DNA of 63,730 nucleotides, filler included, from Octopus bimaculoides (GCF_001194135.2; 7 parts of 7 records of this genome joined end to end with filler, not necessarily neighbours in it); one strand, 5' to 3'; shown: positions 40,385 through 55,081, numbered from the whole stretch's first letter. A program made the numbers and translations. Notes: a model not told the origin generated them from the sequence alone.

Positions 40385-40900
40385 GACGTGCCAAAATGGC
40401 CGCTGCAAAACAGCTGTACAAAGACGACTGCACGAAAACGGATATGGCAAAATAGCTTTACGAAAATGGCTCCAAGGAAATGGCTGTACGGAAAGTGCGG
40501 TACGAAAACGGATGTACTGAACTGTCGAATACCCAAGTGTCAAGGTACTTAGAGCGGAGATTGCTTGGCAAGTCGAAGACGGAGGCAATAGGGAGATTGA
40601 GTAAGGTGAGGATATGGTGTCTAGACAATGGGATTAGCTCTGTGCAAGCTCTTTCTTCACATCGAAAAGATTCAGGCACAAAGCATCGCTTGATTTTTTT
40701 AACATATCTATTAACATCTCTCTTATAATACGGCTGGCTGTAGTCGAGAAAGGCAAAACTCTCGATGACACATTCCATGATGCAATGAAGTCCTGCGTTT
40801 GCATGTCTGGTAAGATCTTATAACACCTGCTACATGTTGCTCCCATCGTCGTCACATCTGTGCAAAAGAATGGAAAATGACACCAGCAGGAATAAATATC
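40385..40900. mobile_element. Possible MULE-type relic: about ten 14-15 bp subterminal tandem units plus degenerate Cys/His coding sequence
   Basis: Units such as cgaaaacggatgta ending aactgtcgaatacc (40385-40532); adjacent minus frame CWCHFPFFCTD..TTMGATCSRC is RING-like. Confidence 0.3.
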
Positions 40901-40992
40901 CATATCCGTGTTACAATCAAGCGGTGTCATGACTCGAAATCGAGTTGCAGCCATCATTTTTGTATGTGGTTCATTATAGGAGTATGAAGTAT

Positions 40993-41270
40993 CAGTAAAA
41001 GCATATGACTTAGTGGTTAGAATATTCGGATCACGATCGTAAGGCCGTGAGTTCGAATCCCAAAAATGCTCCAGTCCACTCAACTGGCAAAAATGAGTGG
41101 TACCTGTCATTCAAAGGGCCAGCCATGCTGTATTCTGCATCATGGTGAATCTCACTGAGAATTTCATTAAGGCCAAGTGTATCTGTGGAGTGCTCAGTTT
41201 ATTTCTCTAGCAGGCTGTTCCGTTGATCTGATCATCTGTAACAATCGTCATCATAGCTGACTGAGTACCG
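40993..41270 (+). mobile_element. SINE family C
   Basis: tRNA head gacttagtggttagaat...gagttcgaatccc and family C body. Confidence 0.8.
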
Positions 41271-41810
41271 ATTATGTACTAACATCTGAATACAGACGAT
41301 AGCAAGCTTCATGACGCAATAACTGATCTAGTCAAAAGCAATAACGAAAAAATAACACAATATCTTCTTTAAACCGATTATTCCTTGCCGTTATTAAACC
41401 GCAACTGCTTTATCATTCTTATTCTTTTCCCATTTCCGAATCGTCTTCCCTTTTATAATCCCTGATATGCTCTACCTGTAAAACTTATAACTATCTGCAT
41501 CATTTTCCATTGAGGCAAGTTATTATGGAATGGAAACGAAGAAAACGTTTCCTGCTCTCTTATGTAAAACTTTTCCCAGACACTACGAACACTCAGCTAA
41601 CAACACACAGATTTAAGAAACTTAAAGCTTGAGCAATAAATATAATTTCTGTTAGATGTATGTATATCCAATACATATGTATGTATTATCGAAGGAGATT
41701 GGTAATAGCCTGCTGACGTAGACCATTATTAACCTCCTTCAATATACACATACCACACACACACACACACATACGCGCATACATAATACATACATACATA
41801 CACGTGTGTG

Positions 41811-41854
<44 letters not shown>

Positions 41855-42355
41855 ATACACACTCAATATCTCCCTCTCCATCTCTTTCCTTCTTGCTGGA
41901 AAATAATATATGATAAAACCTTTGCCATACTCATGTAAGGTTTCTGTTTCATTTTTACATTGAATTTCCATAACTTGTCATAGGATATAAGATGATATCA
42001 TATCACTATATTGATATTGTATTTTATCTATCTATTTTATGATGATTCCATATCTAAAAGAAAACATATCATATACATATTCTGCTACATTATTTTAATG
42101 ATGTAATCTCAAACTACTATAATATACTGCTGGAAAATTCTACAAAATCAACAAGTGGTGACCGAGCACTTATAGAATTTGCTAAAGAGACAAGTGCAAC
42201 ATTTACGCTTTAATATTAAGTAAATGGATATTATTTGCTCACTGTGAAGTAAGTGTGGTAGATTGCGAATAAGTACAATGACCTCAAACTGAGATAGTAA
42301 TGTAGGTTCGACTCTCAGTTGAGTCATTTCATTTGCTAATTTTATTAACTCCTGG

Positions 42356-42751
42356 CTATCTGTGAGATATATTGGTAGAGAGGATGTGAAATGAAGTGTG
42401 TTGATATATTGTATTGCAACAAACACACGGTATCCTGATTTTAGATTCCTCATTGAAAGTGCGATAAAGAGCTGCTCTATTGCATCGATTTAAGGTGAGG
42501 AGATTGTGCTTCTTTCGTTTTACATATTTGTGAGAAGCAAAAGTATGCATGGGAATTGGCTTTTGCATCACCGAAAATAAAATGTCCGTCGGCTGCCGTT
42601 TTGACCAATGTGGAAGTTGAGATAACTCCTGGAAGTTAACTGGTTGAGCCCTTGAGCCGAAAGTATCAAGGAGAAGCTCATTGTTGTGATGCAAGTTAGA
42701 AGAACTAATCGCCACAAGTAGGATTACAAACCACCTATGGGTCCTATACAT
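42356..42751 (-). CDS. 131-aa ORF with signal-peptide-like N-terminus and dibasic sites; candidate secreted peptide precursor or first exon
   Basis: ATG start; MYRTHR-WFVILLVAI-SSS (basic, hydrophobic, small residues); KR-Q and KRKK sites; non-repetitive DNA. No family recognised. Confidence 0.3.
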   Translation of the reverse strand: MYRTHRWFVILLVAISSSNLHHNNELLLDTFGSRAQPVNFQELSQLPHWSKRQPTDILFSVMQKPIPMHTFASHKYVKRKKHNLLTLNRCNRAALYRTFNEESKIRIPCVCCNTIYQHTSFHILSTNISHR

Positions 42752-43080
42752 TGAAATTGCAGTGTAACTAATGGCCCTTTTTTTTGTATATTACTATTGC
42801 TCCATTAATTTCATAAGTTCTAATATCAACGTGGTTACTTCTGCCTCTCATCGTACATTTTCTTATTTGCTCTCTCTCTCTCTCTCTCTCTCNNNNNNNN
42901 NNNNNNNNNNNNNNNNNNNNNNNNNNNNNNNNNNNNNNNNNNNNNNNNNNNNNNNNNNNNNNNNNNNNNNNNNNNNNNNNNNNNNNNNNNNNNNNNNNNN
43001 NNNNNNNNNNNNNNNNNNNNNNNNNNNNNNNNNNNNNNNNNNNNNNNNNNNNNNNNNNNNNNNNNNNNNNNNNNNNNNNN

Positions 43081-43114
<34 letters not shown>

Positions 43115-43890
43115 ATGTTAATACATAGTCATATATATACATATAAAATCAAAATAAGTAACAGGATGTCACGTAGTAATGCAGTACGACCGTTTCAAGC
43201 GGTTTCGTTTAATTGAACAATGTAACCATTACATTAGTTTAAATACAGCGCTGTCTTCAGCTGCACGAAATATGGATTTTCAACAGACAAGATATATTAA
43301 TATAATTTTTCTGAAATACTTTAACAGAGCAAGAGGATGAAAGAATATCATGTTGTCACTATTGCAGTAAGAATAGCTAAGAGAAGAACAAACTACAATT
43401 TTAGAGTGGCATGGAACACAGTGGGGTCATCGGGTTGTAATTCATTTCCAATTTGTCTATCTTATCAACAAGAATCTAAGACTAGAAGACTGCGTTTATT
43501 TAGAATAAAGGGCAAAGTGAGTTGACAGCTCAGAGCTGGCTACTGGTCATAAACTTCATACTGTCACAAGTACCCCTCTACCCACAAAGAAAAAAAACGA
43601 AAGAACACTTTAGAACGAGTCAATTAGATAGTAGTACGTGTCTGTAAAAGAGCTAGGGTAGAGGTGACAAAAATTCATGACATTGTTACCAGTTAAAAGG
43701 ACATACACTATGAAACTCAGAATGCTACAATGAGACCCAAGAAAACATTAGGGGCGCAGTGGGAGAACGTTTAACAAATATTATTATGTTGTATAAAAAT
43801 AAAAGTTCTAAAAATTCTAGAAAGGGATAGCAAAACCAGGTTAGTTCAGAGGGATATGTAGATCAATTTAAACATTAAAAATATTACCAT

Positions 43891-43975
<85 letters not shown>

Positions 43976-44524
43976 ATATGTATATTTATATATAGGTGTG
44001 TGTACGTATGTATGTATTATATTAGTTATAATGAATATATATATTATGCACACTTGTTTTTTTCATGTGTCCAGGTTTGCATGTGATCGTTCGGCGTTTT
44101 AAAGATATGAGCCAAATTACACTCAAATCATTAAACTGCTGTCTTAATTAAATCAAATACACATTAAAGAACCTACTTCTATACGATGTGATGAGGTCAC
44201 CTCTAAACTGTCTTTCATCAAATAACTGCTCGAAAAGAGTTGACATTGGGTGGATCCCAAACCCAAACTGAAGCAACAACAACAGCACACACACAAAGGA
44301 TTCACTTAATTTCCTTACTGCGTGTCTACCCTCCTCTAATGTCTATACCACATTGATATTCGCTTGGCATTTCTTGTTTTTCGCTTTCACAGATAAGAAT
44401 GATGTGAATGATTATGGTGGTGAGGAGGCTTAGAAATGAACAAACGAAAGCGCAAAAGAAAGCAAGTGATAGGAGGGAAAGAAAACGGGAAAGGTAGATA
44501 AGAATGGTAGGAGGAAACGAAGTG

Positions 44525-44576
<52 letters not shown>

Positions 44577-44703
44577 CAGCAGCAGCAGCAGTTAGTAAAA
44601 GATACAGCAATGGAGGAGGAGGAAGAAGAAGAAGGAGAAGGGTTGGCGTTGACTGAAAAGGAAGAAAAAGAATGATGAAGTATTGAACACTAAAGACTAA
44701 AAT

Positions 44704-44743
<40 letters not shown>

Positions 44744-45108
44744 AAAGGATCAAAGCTGTTGGCCATCGAAATTAAGTGGTATGATTGACAAGATAGTGAG
44801 ATGAAGTGACTAACTTCTGAAGTAATTAGAAAGAAGAAACATCGAGAAACATGAATGAAGTCAATAAGCATAGAGACGCAATTATAATTAAGCGACATCT
44901 CTGTCTCTGTCAGTTTTATTCCATGGTATCTATATAATTGGGAGTGGGGGCGGGTACGCGTGGCTGCTATACATATGTGCATGCACGCGCGCCCACACAC
45001 ACGTATATTATGTAAGCATGCATGTATGCATGCATAAATATATACACACATGTTTATAAATGTTTGTCTTTCTTTCTGTCTATCCATATATCAATCTATA
45101 TATGCATT

Positions 45109-45149
<41 letters not shown>

Positions 45150-45926
45150 GTGCGTGTGTGCGAGTGTATGTTTGTATAAAAAAAGCATATAAATATAAAT
45201 ATATATAGATAGATAGATAGATAGATTGATTGATAGATATGTATGCATGTATATCCATATATATATGTATATATATATATATATATNNNNNNNNNNNNNN
45301 NNNNNNNNNNNNNNNNNNNNNNNNNNNNNNNNNNNNNNNNNNNNNNNNNNNNNNNNNNNNNNNNNNNNNNNNNNNNNNNNNNNNNNNNNNNNNNNNNNNN
45401 NNNNNNNNNNNNNNNNNNNNNNNNNNNNNNNNNNNNNNNNNNNNNNNNNNNNNNNNNNNNNNNNNNNNNNNNNNNNNNNNNNNNNNNNNNNNNNNNNNNN
45501 NNNNNNNNNNNNNNNNNNNNNNNNNNNNNNNNNNNNNNNNNNNNNNNNNNNNNNNNNNNNNNNNNNNNNNNNNNNNNNNNNNNNNNNNNNNNNNNNNNNN
45601 NNNNNNNNNNNNNNNNNNNNNNNNNNNNNNNNNNNNNNNNNNNNNNNNNNNNNNNNNNNNNNNNNNNNNNNNNNNNNNNNNNNNNNNNNNNNNNNNNNNN
45701 NNNNNNNNNNNNNNNNNNNNNNNNNNNNNNNNNNNNNNNNNNNNNNNNNNNNNNNNNNNNNNNNNNNNNNNNNNNNNNNNNNNNNNNNNNNNNNNNNNNN
45801 NNNNNNNNNNNNNNNNNNNNNNNNNNNNNNNNNNNNNNNNNNNNNNNNNNNNNNNNNNNNNNNNNNNNNNNNNNNNNNNNNNNNNNNNNNNNNNNNNNNN
45901 NNNNNNNNNNNNNNNNNNNNNNNNNN

Positions 45927-45992
<66 letters not shown>

Positions 45993-46920
45993 TACATATT
46001 TATGAATATGATACACAGACATAAATGCATATATAAGGTCATATATATATATGTGTGTGTGATATATATATATATATAATGTATGCATGCATGTATGCAT
46101 ATATGCATCTATTTAAATATGTACATATACATATAACTTATCTATCTACACGCTATTCTGTTTGAAGAAATACAAAGATAGCTCCCGTGTGCTGTGCTTA
46201 AGAGGGAATATTCAGTGACTTCAGACGAGGTTAAAATTTCTGAAAGCGTGACCCAGTGTGTCATTGCCATCATATCTTTTGGGTTTCGAAGTGCTGCGTT
46301 TGTAAGAGCGACTATGCGCGTATGTGTGAGTGGGATTCGTGTATGACTATAACGACTCTCCAGAAATGACTATCAATTCATTGAGGGGAAGTATGAATAG
46401 TTGNNNNNNNNNNNNNNNNNNNNNNNNNNNNNNNNNNNNNNNNNNNNNNNNNNNNNNNNNNNNNNNNNNNNNNNNNNNNNNNNNNNNNNNNNNNNNNNNN
46501 NNNNNNNNNNNNNNNNNNNNNNNNNNNNNNNNNNNNNNNNNNNNNNNNNNNNNNNNNNNNNNNNNNNNNNNNNNNNNNNNNNNNNNNNNNNNNNNNNNNN
46601 NNNNNNNNNNNNNNNNNNNNNNNNNNNNNNNNNNNNNNNNNNNNNNNNNNNNNNNNNNNNNNNNNNNNNNNNNNNNNNNNNNNNNNNNNNNNNNNNNNNN
46701 NNNNNNNNNNNNNNNNNNNNNNNNNNNNNNNNNNNNNNNNNNNNNNNNNNNNNNNNNNNNNNNNNNNNNNNNNNNNNNNNNNNNNNNNNNNNNNNNNNNN
46801 NNNNNNNNNNNNNNNNNNNNNNNNNNNNNNNNNNNNNNNNNNNNNNNNNNNNNNNNNNNNNNNNNNNNNNNNNNNNNNNNNNNNNNNNNNNNNNNNNNNN
46901 NGGGGGGAGATGTATGCATA

Positions 46921-47425
46921 TATAGGCAAGACTGTGTGATAACAAACTTGCTTCCCAACCACATGGTTTGGATTTCAATCCCACTGCGTGTAACCTTGGC
47001 AAAGTAACTTCTACTATAGCCTCGAGCCATCCAAAGCCTTGTGAATGAATTTGGTAGACGGAAACTGAAAGAAATTCGTTTTCTGTTTTCGATTTTATGT
47101 ATTCGTTTCTCATTGTTTTTTATTGTTTTGTTGATGTCCTGTACCCATATATGCATGTATGTATACATATAGATGTAGGTATGTACATATATGTATGGAT
47201 ATATGGATATATGCATATATTTATATATTATATTATATATATATATATATATATATATTTGACGGGCTTCTTTCAGTTTCAGTCTATCATATCCACTCAC
47301 AAAGCTTTGGTCGTCCTGAGGCTATAGTAGTAGAAACTTGCCCAAAGTGCCACGCAGTGGAACTGAACCCGAAACCATGTAGTTGAGAAGCAAGCTACTT
47401 ACTACACTGTCACGCCTGCACCTGT
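46921..47425. mobile_element. Two SINE family A heads in inverted orientation (about 46921-47078 plus; about 47258-47425 minus)
   Basis: Same roughly 160-bp head on opposite strands about 180 bp apart. Confidence 0.8.
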
Positions 47426-47489
47426 ATGTATGTACCTATGTATGTCTCTTCTATTGTTTGATTAATATAAATCTTCCACTGAGGAGGGT

Positions 47490-47995
47490 GCTGGTTTCCA
47501 ACAAAAATACAAGGTTCCATCTTTCGGATGTAATTTGCTCAGACAAATTCACATTTGGAACTTGAGAAAAGTCGTGCATATCTTTACCGTTCCACTCACA
47601 GACTGTACTTATAATGTACGACTTAGCCAAGCGATTTCTCTTTCTGAAAATCCCAGTTTATCCAGATACTCCTTTCAGTATTTACTAATAAAACCAAGTG
47701 CCCCAATTATTATTGGTATGAGTTCATATTCATACCATAGTCTGGATATAGAAGCAGCTGTCCATAGTTATCAACATTTTCTTTGATTTTCGACGAGATA
47801 TTGATAACTTCAGGGAGCTGACCTCTATGATAGGATATACTTTGCCTCTCTGTCCCAAACAACAGTACTCGGCCTGTTATATTTACATTTGATGGGTATA
47901 TTCCACCAGTATTGCTTGAATTGGTTTTTATAAATGTATTCCAAAACAGAGGGATTTTCTAAGTTTATTTCAGGACAGTCGTTTTGCGGATGGCA
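47490..47995 (-). mobile_element. R4/Dong-clade LINE 3' end, subfamily 2
   Basis: YWWNIPIK...NRPSTVVWDRE...YELIPIIIGALGFI...SGTVKICTTFLKF. Confidence 0.75.
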
Positions 47996-48419
47996 TTGTG
48001 TATACGCATGCATCTATGTACGAATGTATGTAGTTATGAATGTATGCATGTATTTAGGTATGTACCTGTATATGTGGCTGTCGATTTGTCCAATCATTTG
48101 ACTGCAATCGTCCAAGTTCTTTACTTTGCGAGTTCAAATATTGCCTTTAATCCTTGGAGGAATGATAATAACACTACCTGTCATATGCTAGTTTCAATTC
48201 TCTCTCTCACTCTTTCTCTCTTGCTCTCTCTCTTGCTCTCTCTCTTGCTCTCTCCCTTTCCCTCTCTCACACTTCTCTCTCTCTTTCTCTCTCACTTACT
48301 CTGTTAGGTATGTCTACATAGTGCTGTGAGAGGGGCGTAGATGAAAATTCAAAAGTTGTTGTAAGGAATAGAGAATTATGGTTCGAGGTGCAAGCAAATA
48401 CTTATCTAGTATATCAAAA

Positions 48420-48776
48420 ACCAGGTTCGGTTCCAATGCGTGGAACCTTGGGCTTGTGTCTTCTACTATAACCTCGGGCCGACAAAAGCATTGTGAGTGG
48501 ATTTGGTAGACGGAAACTGGAAGAAGCCCGTTGTACATATATATGTCTATATATATATGTGTGTCTGAGTCTATGTTTGTCTCCTAGTCATCGCTTGACA
48601 GCCGACGCTGCTGTATTTATGTTCCCGTAACTGAACGGTTCGGCAAAAGACACTGATGGAATAAATACTAGGCTTGCAAAGAATAAGTCCCGGATCCGAT
48701 TTGTTCGGCTAACACCCTTTAAGGCGGTGCTCTAGCATGGCCGTAATCAAATGACTGAAACAAGTAAAAGAATAAT
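48420..48776 (+). mobile_element. SINE family A, nearly complete
   Basis: Head, internal TA/TG tract and tail are all present. Confidence 0.85.
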
Positions 48777-49531
48777 ATATATATATNNNNNNNNNNNNNN
48801 NNNNNNNNNNNNNNNNNNNNNNNNNNNNNNNNNNNNNNNNNNNNNNNNNNNNNNNNNNNNNNNNNNNNNNNNNNNNNNNNNNNNNNNNNNNNNNNNNNNN
48901 NNNNNNNNNNNNNNNNNNNNNNNNNNNNNNNNNNNNNNNNNNNNNNNNNNNNNNNNNNNNNNNNNNNNNNNNNNNNNNNNNNNNNNNNNNNNNNNNNNNN
49001 NNNNNNNNNNNNNNNNNNNNNNNNNNNNNNNNNNNNNNNNNNNNNNNNNNNNNNNNNNNNNNNNNNNNNNNNNNNNNNNNNNNNNNNNNNNNNNNNNNNN
49101 NNNNNNNNNNNNNNNNNNNNNNNNNNNNNNNNNNNNNNNNNNNNNNNNNNNNNNNNNNNNNNNNNNNNNNNNNNNNNNNNNNNNNNNNNNNNNNNNNNNN
49201 NNNNNNNNNNNNNNNNNNNNNNNNNNNNNNNNNNNNNNNNNNNNNNNNNNNNNNNNNNNNNNNNNNNNNNNNNNNNNNNNNNNNNNNNNNNNNNNNNNNN
49301 NNNNNNNNNNNNNNNNNNNNNNNNNNNNNNNNNNNNNNNNNNNNNNNNNNNNNNNNNNNNNNNNNNNNNNNNNNNNNNNNNNNNNNNNNNNNNNNNNNNN
49401 NNNNTATATATATATATATATATATATGGGCACGCATACAGAGAGAGAATACATATGTGTGTGAAATATCGAGTCTAACTAACGCAAAATTAACCTTGTC
49501 GAAGTTCTTTTTCTCTTTCCACTGCCTACAG

Positions 49532-49614
49532 ATGTTGGACTAATCAACGTCATAGACAGTTTGCCGATAGCCGAAGAAGGCAATTCCTTTGAAATCCTCA
49601 GTGACCAATCATAA
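49532..49614 (+). CDS. Candidate plus-strand terminal exon: (D)VGLINVIDSLPIAEEGNSFEILSDQS*
   Basis: Very strong acceptor ttctttttctctttccactgcctacag and protein-like phase-1 frame. Upstream partner exons are unproven. Confidence 0.3.
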
Positions 49615-50088
49615 ATCTCGATTTCTAACACGTGTTTACATCAAACAGATGAAAACCTTCAACGTTTTTGGCATCACTTGGAAAAACAGTACGCAAGCTC
49701 CGCATCGATATCTGTCACTACATAGCTTTTAAAGATCAAAGTGTAAAGAACCGAGCGAAGAACGGAAAGAGGTACTTGTAATCTTCTTGTCCGGACATGC
49801 CAGAAGCGCTACTATCTCATTTTTGATTTTTCCCTATGTCCCTACATAGCTTGCTACAATATCACTACGAAGAGATAATTAGTTAGTCTCCGGCCGCTAA
49901 AAAGCTTGTCGCTACTTATAGAATCAGCGGAGGAAATGCAGACAAAGAACGGTCGTAAAAATCAACGTGCAAAGAAAAGAAGATAGATAGATAGATAGCT
50001 AGATAGCTAGATAGATAGATAGATAGACAGATAGACAGACAGACAGACAGACTGACAGACAGACAGACAGACAGACAGACAGAAAGAC

Positions 50089-50139
<51 letters not shown>

Positions 50140-50401
50140 CGGATCGATAGAAAAACAAACAGATAGTTACATAGAAAGATAGATAGGTAGAGAGAGAGAG
50201 ATAAGTAGGTAGGTAGGTAGGTAGGTAGGTTGGTTGGTTGGTTGGTAAGTAGGTGTATATAAGTGTGTATAAATGATATGTATATATCGCTGGGGCCATT
50301 TCCATTGTCAGTGCAAGTATGTATATATGTATATGTATATGTCTGTTCGTACCAATATATTCATATTCATATATATACTAATTCACGTATATGTGTGTAT
50401 G

Positions 50402-50434
<33 letters not shown>

Positions 50435-51789
50435 NNNNNNNNNNNNNNNNNNNNNNNNNNNNNNNNNNNNNNNNNNNNNNNNNNNNNNNNNNNNNNNNNN
50501 NNNNNNNNNNNNNNNNNNNNNNNNNNNNNNNNNNNNNNNNNNNNNNNNNNNNNNNNNNNNNNNNNNNNNNNNNNNNNNNNNNNNNNNNNNNNNNNNNNNN
50601 NNNNNNNNNNNNNNNNNNNNNNNNNNNNNNNNNNNNNNNNNNNNNNNNNNNNNNNNNNNNNNNNNNNNNNNNNNNNNNNNNNNNNNNNNNNNNNNNNNNN
50701 NNNNNNNNNNNNNNNNNNNNNNNNNNNNNNNNNNNNNNNNNNNNNNNNNNNNNNNNNNNNNNNNNNNNNNNNNNNNNNNNNNNNNNNNNNNNNNNNNNNN
50801 NNNNNNNNNNNNNNNNNNNNNNNNNNNNNNNNNNNNNNNNNNNNNNNNNNNNNNNNNNNNNNNNNNNNNNNNNNNNNNNNNNNNNNNNNNNNNNNNNNNN
50901 NNNNNNNNNNNNNNNNNNNNNNNNNNNNNNNNNNNNNNNNNNNNNNNNNNNNNNNNNNNNNNNNNNNNNNNNNNNNNNNNNNNNNNNNNNNNNNNNNNNN
51001 NNNNNNNNNNNNNNNNNNNNNNNNNNNNNNNNNNNNNNNNNNNNNNNNNNNNNNNNNNNNNNNNNNNNNNNNNNNNNNNNNNNNNNNNNNNNNNNNNNNN
51101 NNNNNNNNNNNNNNNNNNNNNNNNNNNNNNNNNNNNNNNNNNNNNNNNNNNNNNNNNNNNNNNNNNNNNNNNNNNNNNNNNNNNNNNNNNNNNNNNNNNN
51201 NNNNNNNNNNNNNNNATATATATATATATATATACATATTGGACAACCAGAAATGATGTGATCAACTGTCTCATTGCGCAGGTTGCACATTCTGCATTTG
51301 GTGTTTGAGCCTATTTGAAATAAGATACGTTAGAATAAGATAAGATAAAAAAAAAAAGTAAGATAAGTTGGTAAATTTACGTCTAATCGTCTTAGTATTC
51401 TGAGAGCACACTTAAAGTTTTTTATCAGGTCGAATCAATGTGATATAATACGGTAAACTCGAATGTTTGAATATTATATGAAATCGACCAGCACTGTAAC
51501 CAAGGCTTGCGTCTCAAGCAAGCCTTTAGTTAGACAAGATGCACCAGCAGTAGGCTTCACCCGGGTTCGCGTCAGCGGTTCCATGCTCGCCGTGGCGCCA
51601 ACGTACACTACCGAGCAACGGGTAGTCGCCTCACCGGCAATTGAAGAACATGCAATTTAAAGTCTGAAAACGGCTTGCACAGCACTTCACAAACCCTCTT
51701 CACCCTACTGACATGATCTAGACAGACGTCTTTCTGCCTCAAGAATGTTGGAGCATCATGATCTCAAGCACAAGCGAAAGATATTCAAA

Positions 51790-51940
51790 ATATTCAATGC
51801 TGATGTCGACTTTGCCTTTCATCCTCTCGGGTCGATAAATTAAGTACCAGTGAAACACTGGGGTCGATATAATTGACTAGTCCCCATCCCACAAATTTGA
51901 GGCCTTGTGCCTGCAGTAGAAAGGATTATTATTATTATTT
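51790..51940 (+). mobile_element. SINE family B with (ATT)n tail
   Basis: gtcgactttgcctttcatcc...ggccttgtgcctgcagtagaaaggattattatt. Confidence 0.85.
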
Positions 51941-51944
51941 ATTG

Positions 51945-52693
<749 letters not shown>

Positions 52694-52801
52694 NNNNNNN
52701 NNNNNNNNNNNNNNNNNNNNNNNNNNNNNNNNNNNNNTTAATTAATTAANNNNNNNNNNNNNNNNNNNNNNNNNNNNNNNNNNNNNNNNNNNNTATATAT
52801 A

Positions 52802-52836
<35 letters not shown>

Positions 52837-53478
52837 CTGTGTGTCTCCGTATTTTTTTCTACCATTACTATAGCGCTGAGGTATTTAACGCCAACTGACC
52901 ATAACAGCATAATGTAGTAGTTGGGAAGATAATAATTCTTAGACGGATCAGTTGGCAAATATGCATAAATCGCTACAAGATCAGCTATCGTTTTATTTCT
53001 ATATTGCTATGGTAACAGATTGAAATATATCGGCAATCACTGGAGCATGAGATTGGAATATGATTATCAATCGGATTTCACTGGAATGAACCAGTCCGCT
53101 CACCGGTCTGACCTCGGTTAAAAGCTCACTTGCATATTTGACAATGATTGAGAGAAATAATGTAGGTTCTGATACTTGACGGTCGATCAGATTTGTCACA
53201 TATATGTGTGTGTGTGCTTTTATGCATATGTAGGCAGTACATGTATACCCCCCCACACACATGCATATATATGGGAGCAAGTCGTATGTATACACACATA
53301 TACGCTTCTGAGGCCTATATATATATATATGTATGTGTATACACTGTGTATATATATATATATATATACAAACACACATATATATGATTATATTTAATAT
53401 AGTGCTTTATATGTCATAGGATATAATTCTATACACACATACATACAAACAGAAGCATAAATATGTGTATATATATTT

Positions 53479-53539
<61 letters not shown>

Positions 53540-54485
53540 AATATGTATGTATATATTTTTTCTTTTATTTGCTTTTATACGATAGTTTGACCAAAAGAAC
53601 CGGCTATTGCAAGCAAAACTAAATATTGAAAAAAAAAAAAAAACGCATTTGGTGAAACTTGGATATAAGACAGTTTAACATAATAATAACGACTTGTATA
53701 CCTAGCTACATCATCATTCTGAATAAATATATTAATTGAAACATCTTAGACTTACAAATAAATCTTGTGAACATTTATGTCTACTTAAAGCGAGTCAGCT
53801 AAAATTACGGTCAACGCGGGACCTGTTCAAAGGCAACAGCCATTTTGATTTTGTAGACATAAGTGTACACCAGGTCTTAACGTGTTAATGATCGTAGTGT
53901 GTATGTTAGATTTGGTTACAACATCTAGTAGATGATAGTGATACACAAACCCACCCATGGTTGTATCGCCGAATTTCAGTTATGTAAGATGCTGAAGGCG
54001 CAGGAATCCCATTATAATGATGATGATGTTGTTGTTGATGGTGTGAATGGTAGTGAAGTTGTTAATGATAGTAATGACGATGATAATGAAGATGATGAAA
54101 ACGATGATGATGCTGGTGTTGTTGTTGTTGATGATGATGATGATAGTGATCATGATGATCATGATGATGATGTGAATGCTAGTGAAGATGGTGTACTGAT
54201 GTTGTTGTTGATGATGATGATGATGGTGATGACGATGATAATGAGATGATGATGATAACCACGACGCCGATGAAATTATTGATTATAATTAAGAAGAGGG
54301 GGATTAAGAGATGGACAACTATGATGGAAAACATTTTTTTGACTTCTATACCCGAAAGCCAGCTGTACACCTCCACACATACTTCATTACTTTACTAATT
54401 AACTTCCTACTTATGTATACATAAATAACTATCTATATACCAATCTACATACATTTCTGCCGATATACATACGAACAGATATATG

Positions 54486-54591
<106 letters not shown>

Positions 54592-54685
54592 NNNNNNNNN
54601 NNNNNNNNNNNNNNNNNNNNNNNNNNNNNNNNNNNNNNNNNNNNNNNNNNNNNNNNNNNNNNNNNNNNNNNNNNNNNNNNNNNNN

Positions 54686-54722
<37 letters not shown>

Positions 54723-54725
54723 TGT

Positions 54726-54776
<51 letters not shown>

Positions 54777-55033
54777 AGAAAGAGAGAGAATAAATCGGAC
54801 AGAAAGAGATAAAGCATTTTAAAAATAATTTCGCTCAGTTTTTTGTCTTTCCCTCATTTGCAATTTTTGCTGCTTGTCTCTGTATTTATTTATTATTGCT
54901 ATTTCACGTTTTAACCCATTAACAGCAGCCAGTCTTTGTTTAAAATAATCCTCTGCGGGGTTAATTGAATAATGGAATGTGTACACAAGAACTCCCATTA
55001 TCTATCTATCTATCTATCTATCTCTCATTTATG

Positions 55034-55081
<48 letters not shown>

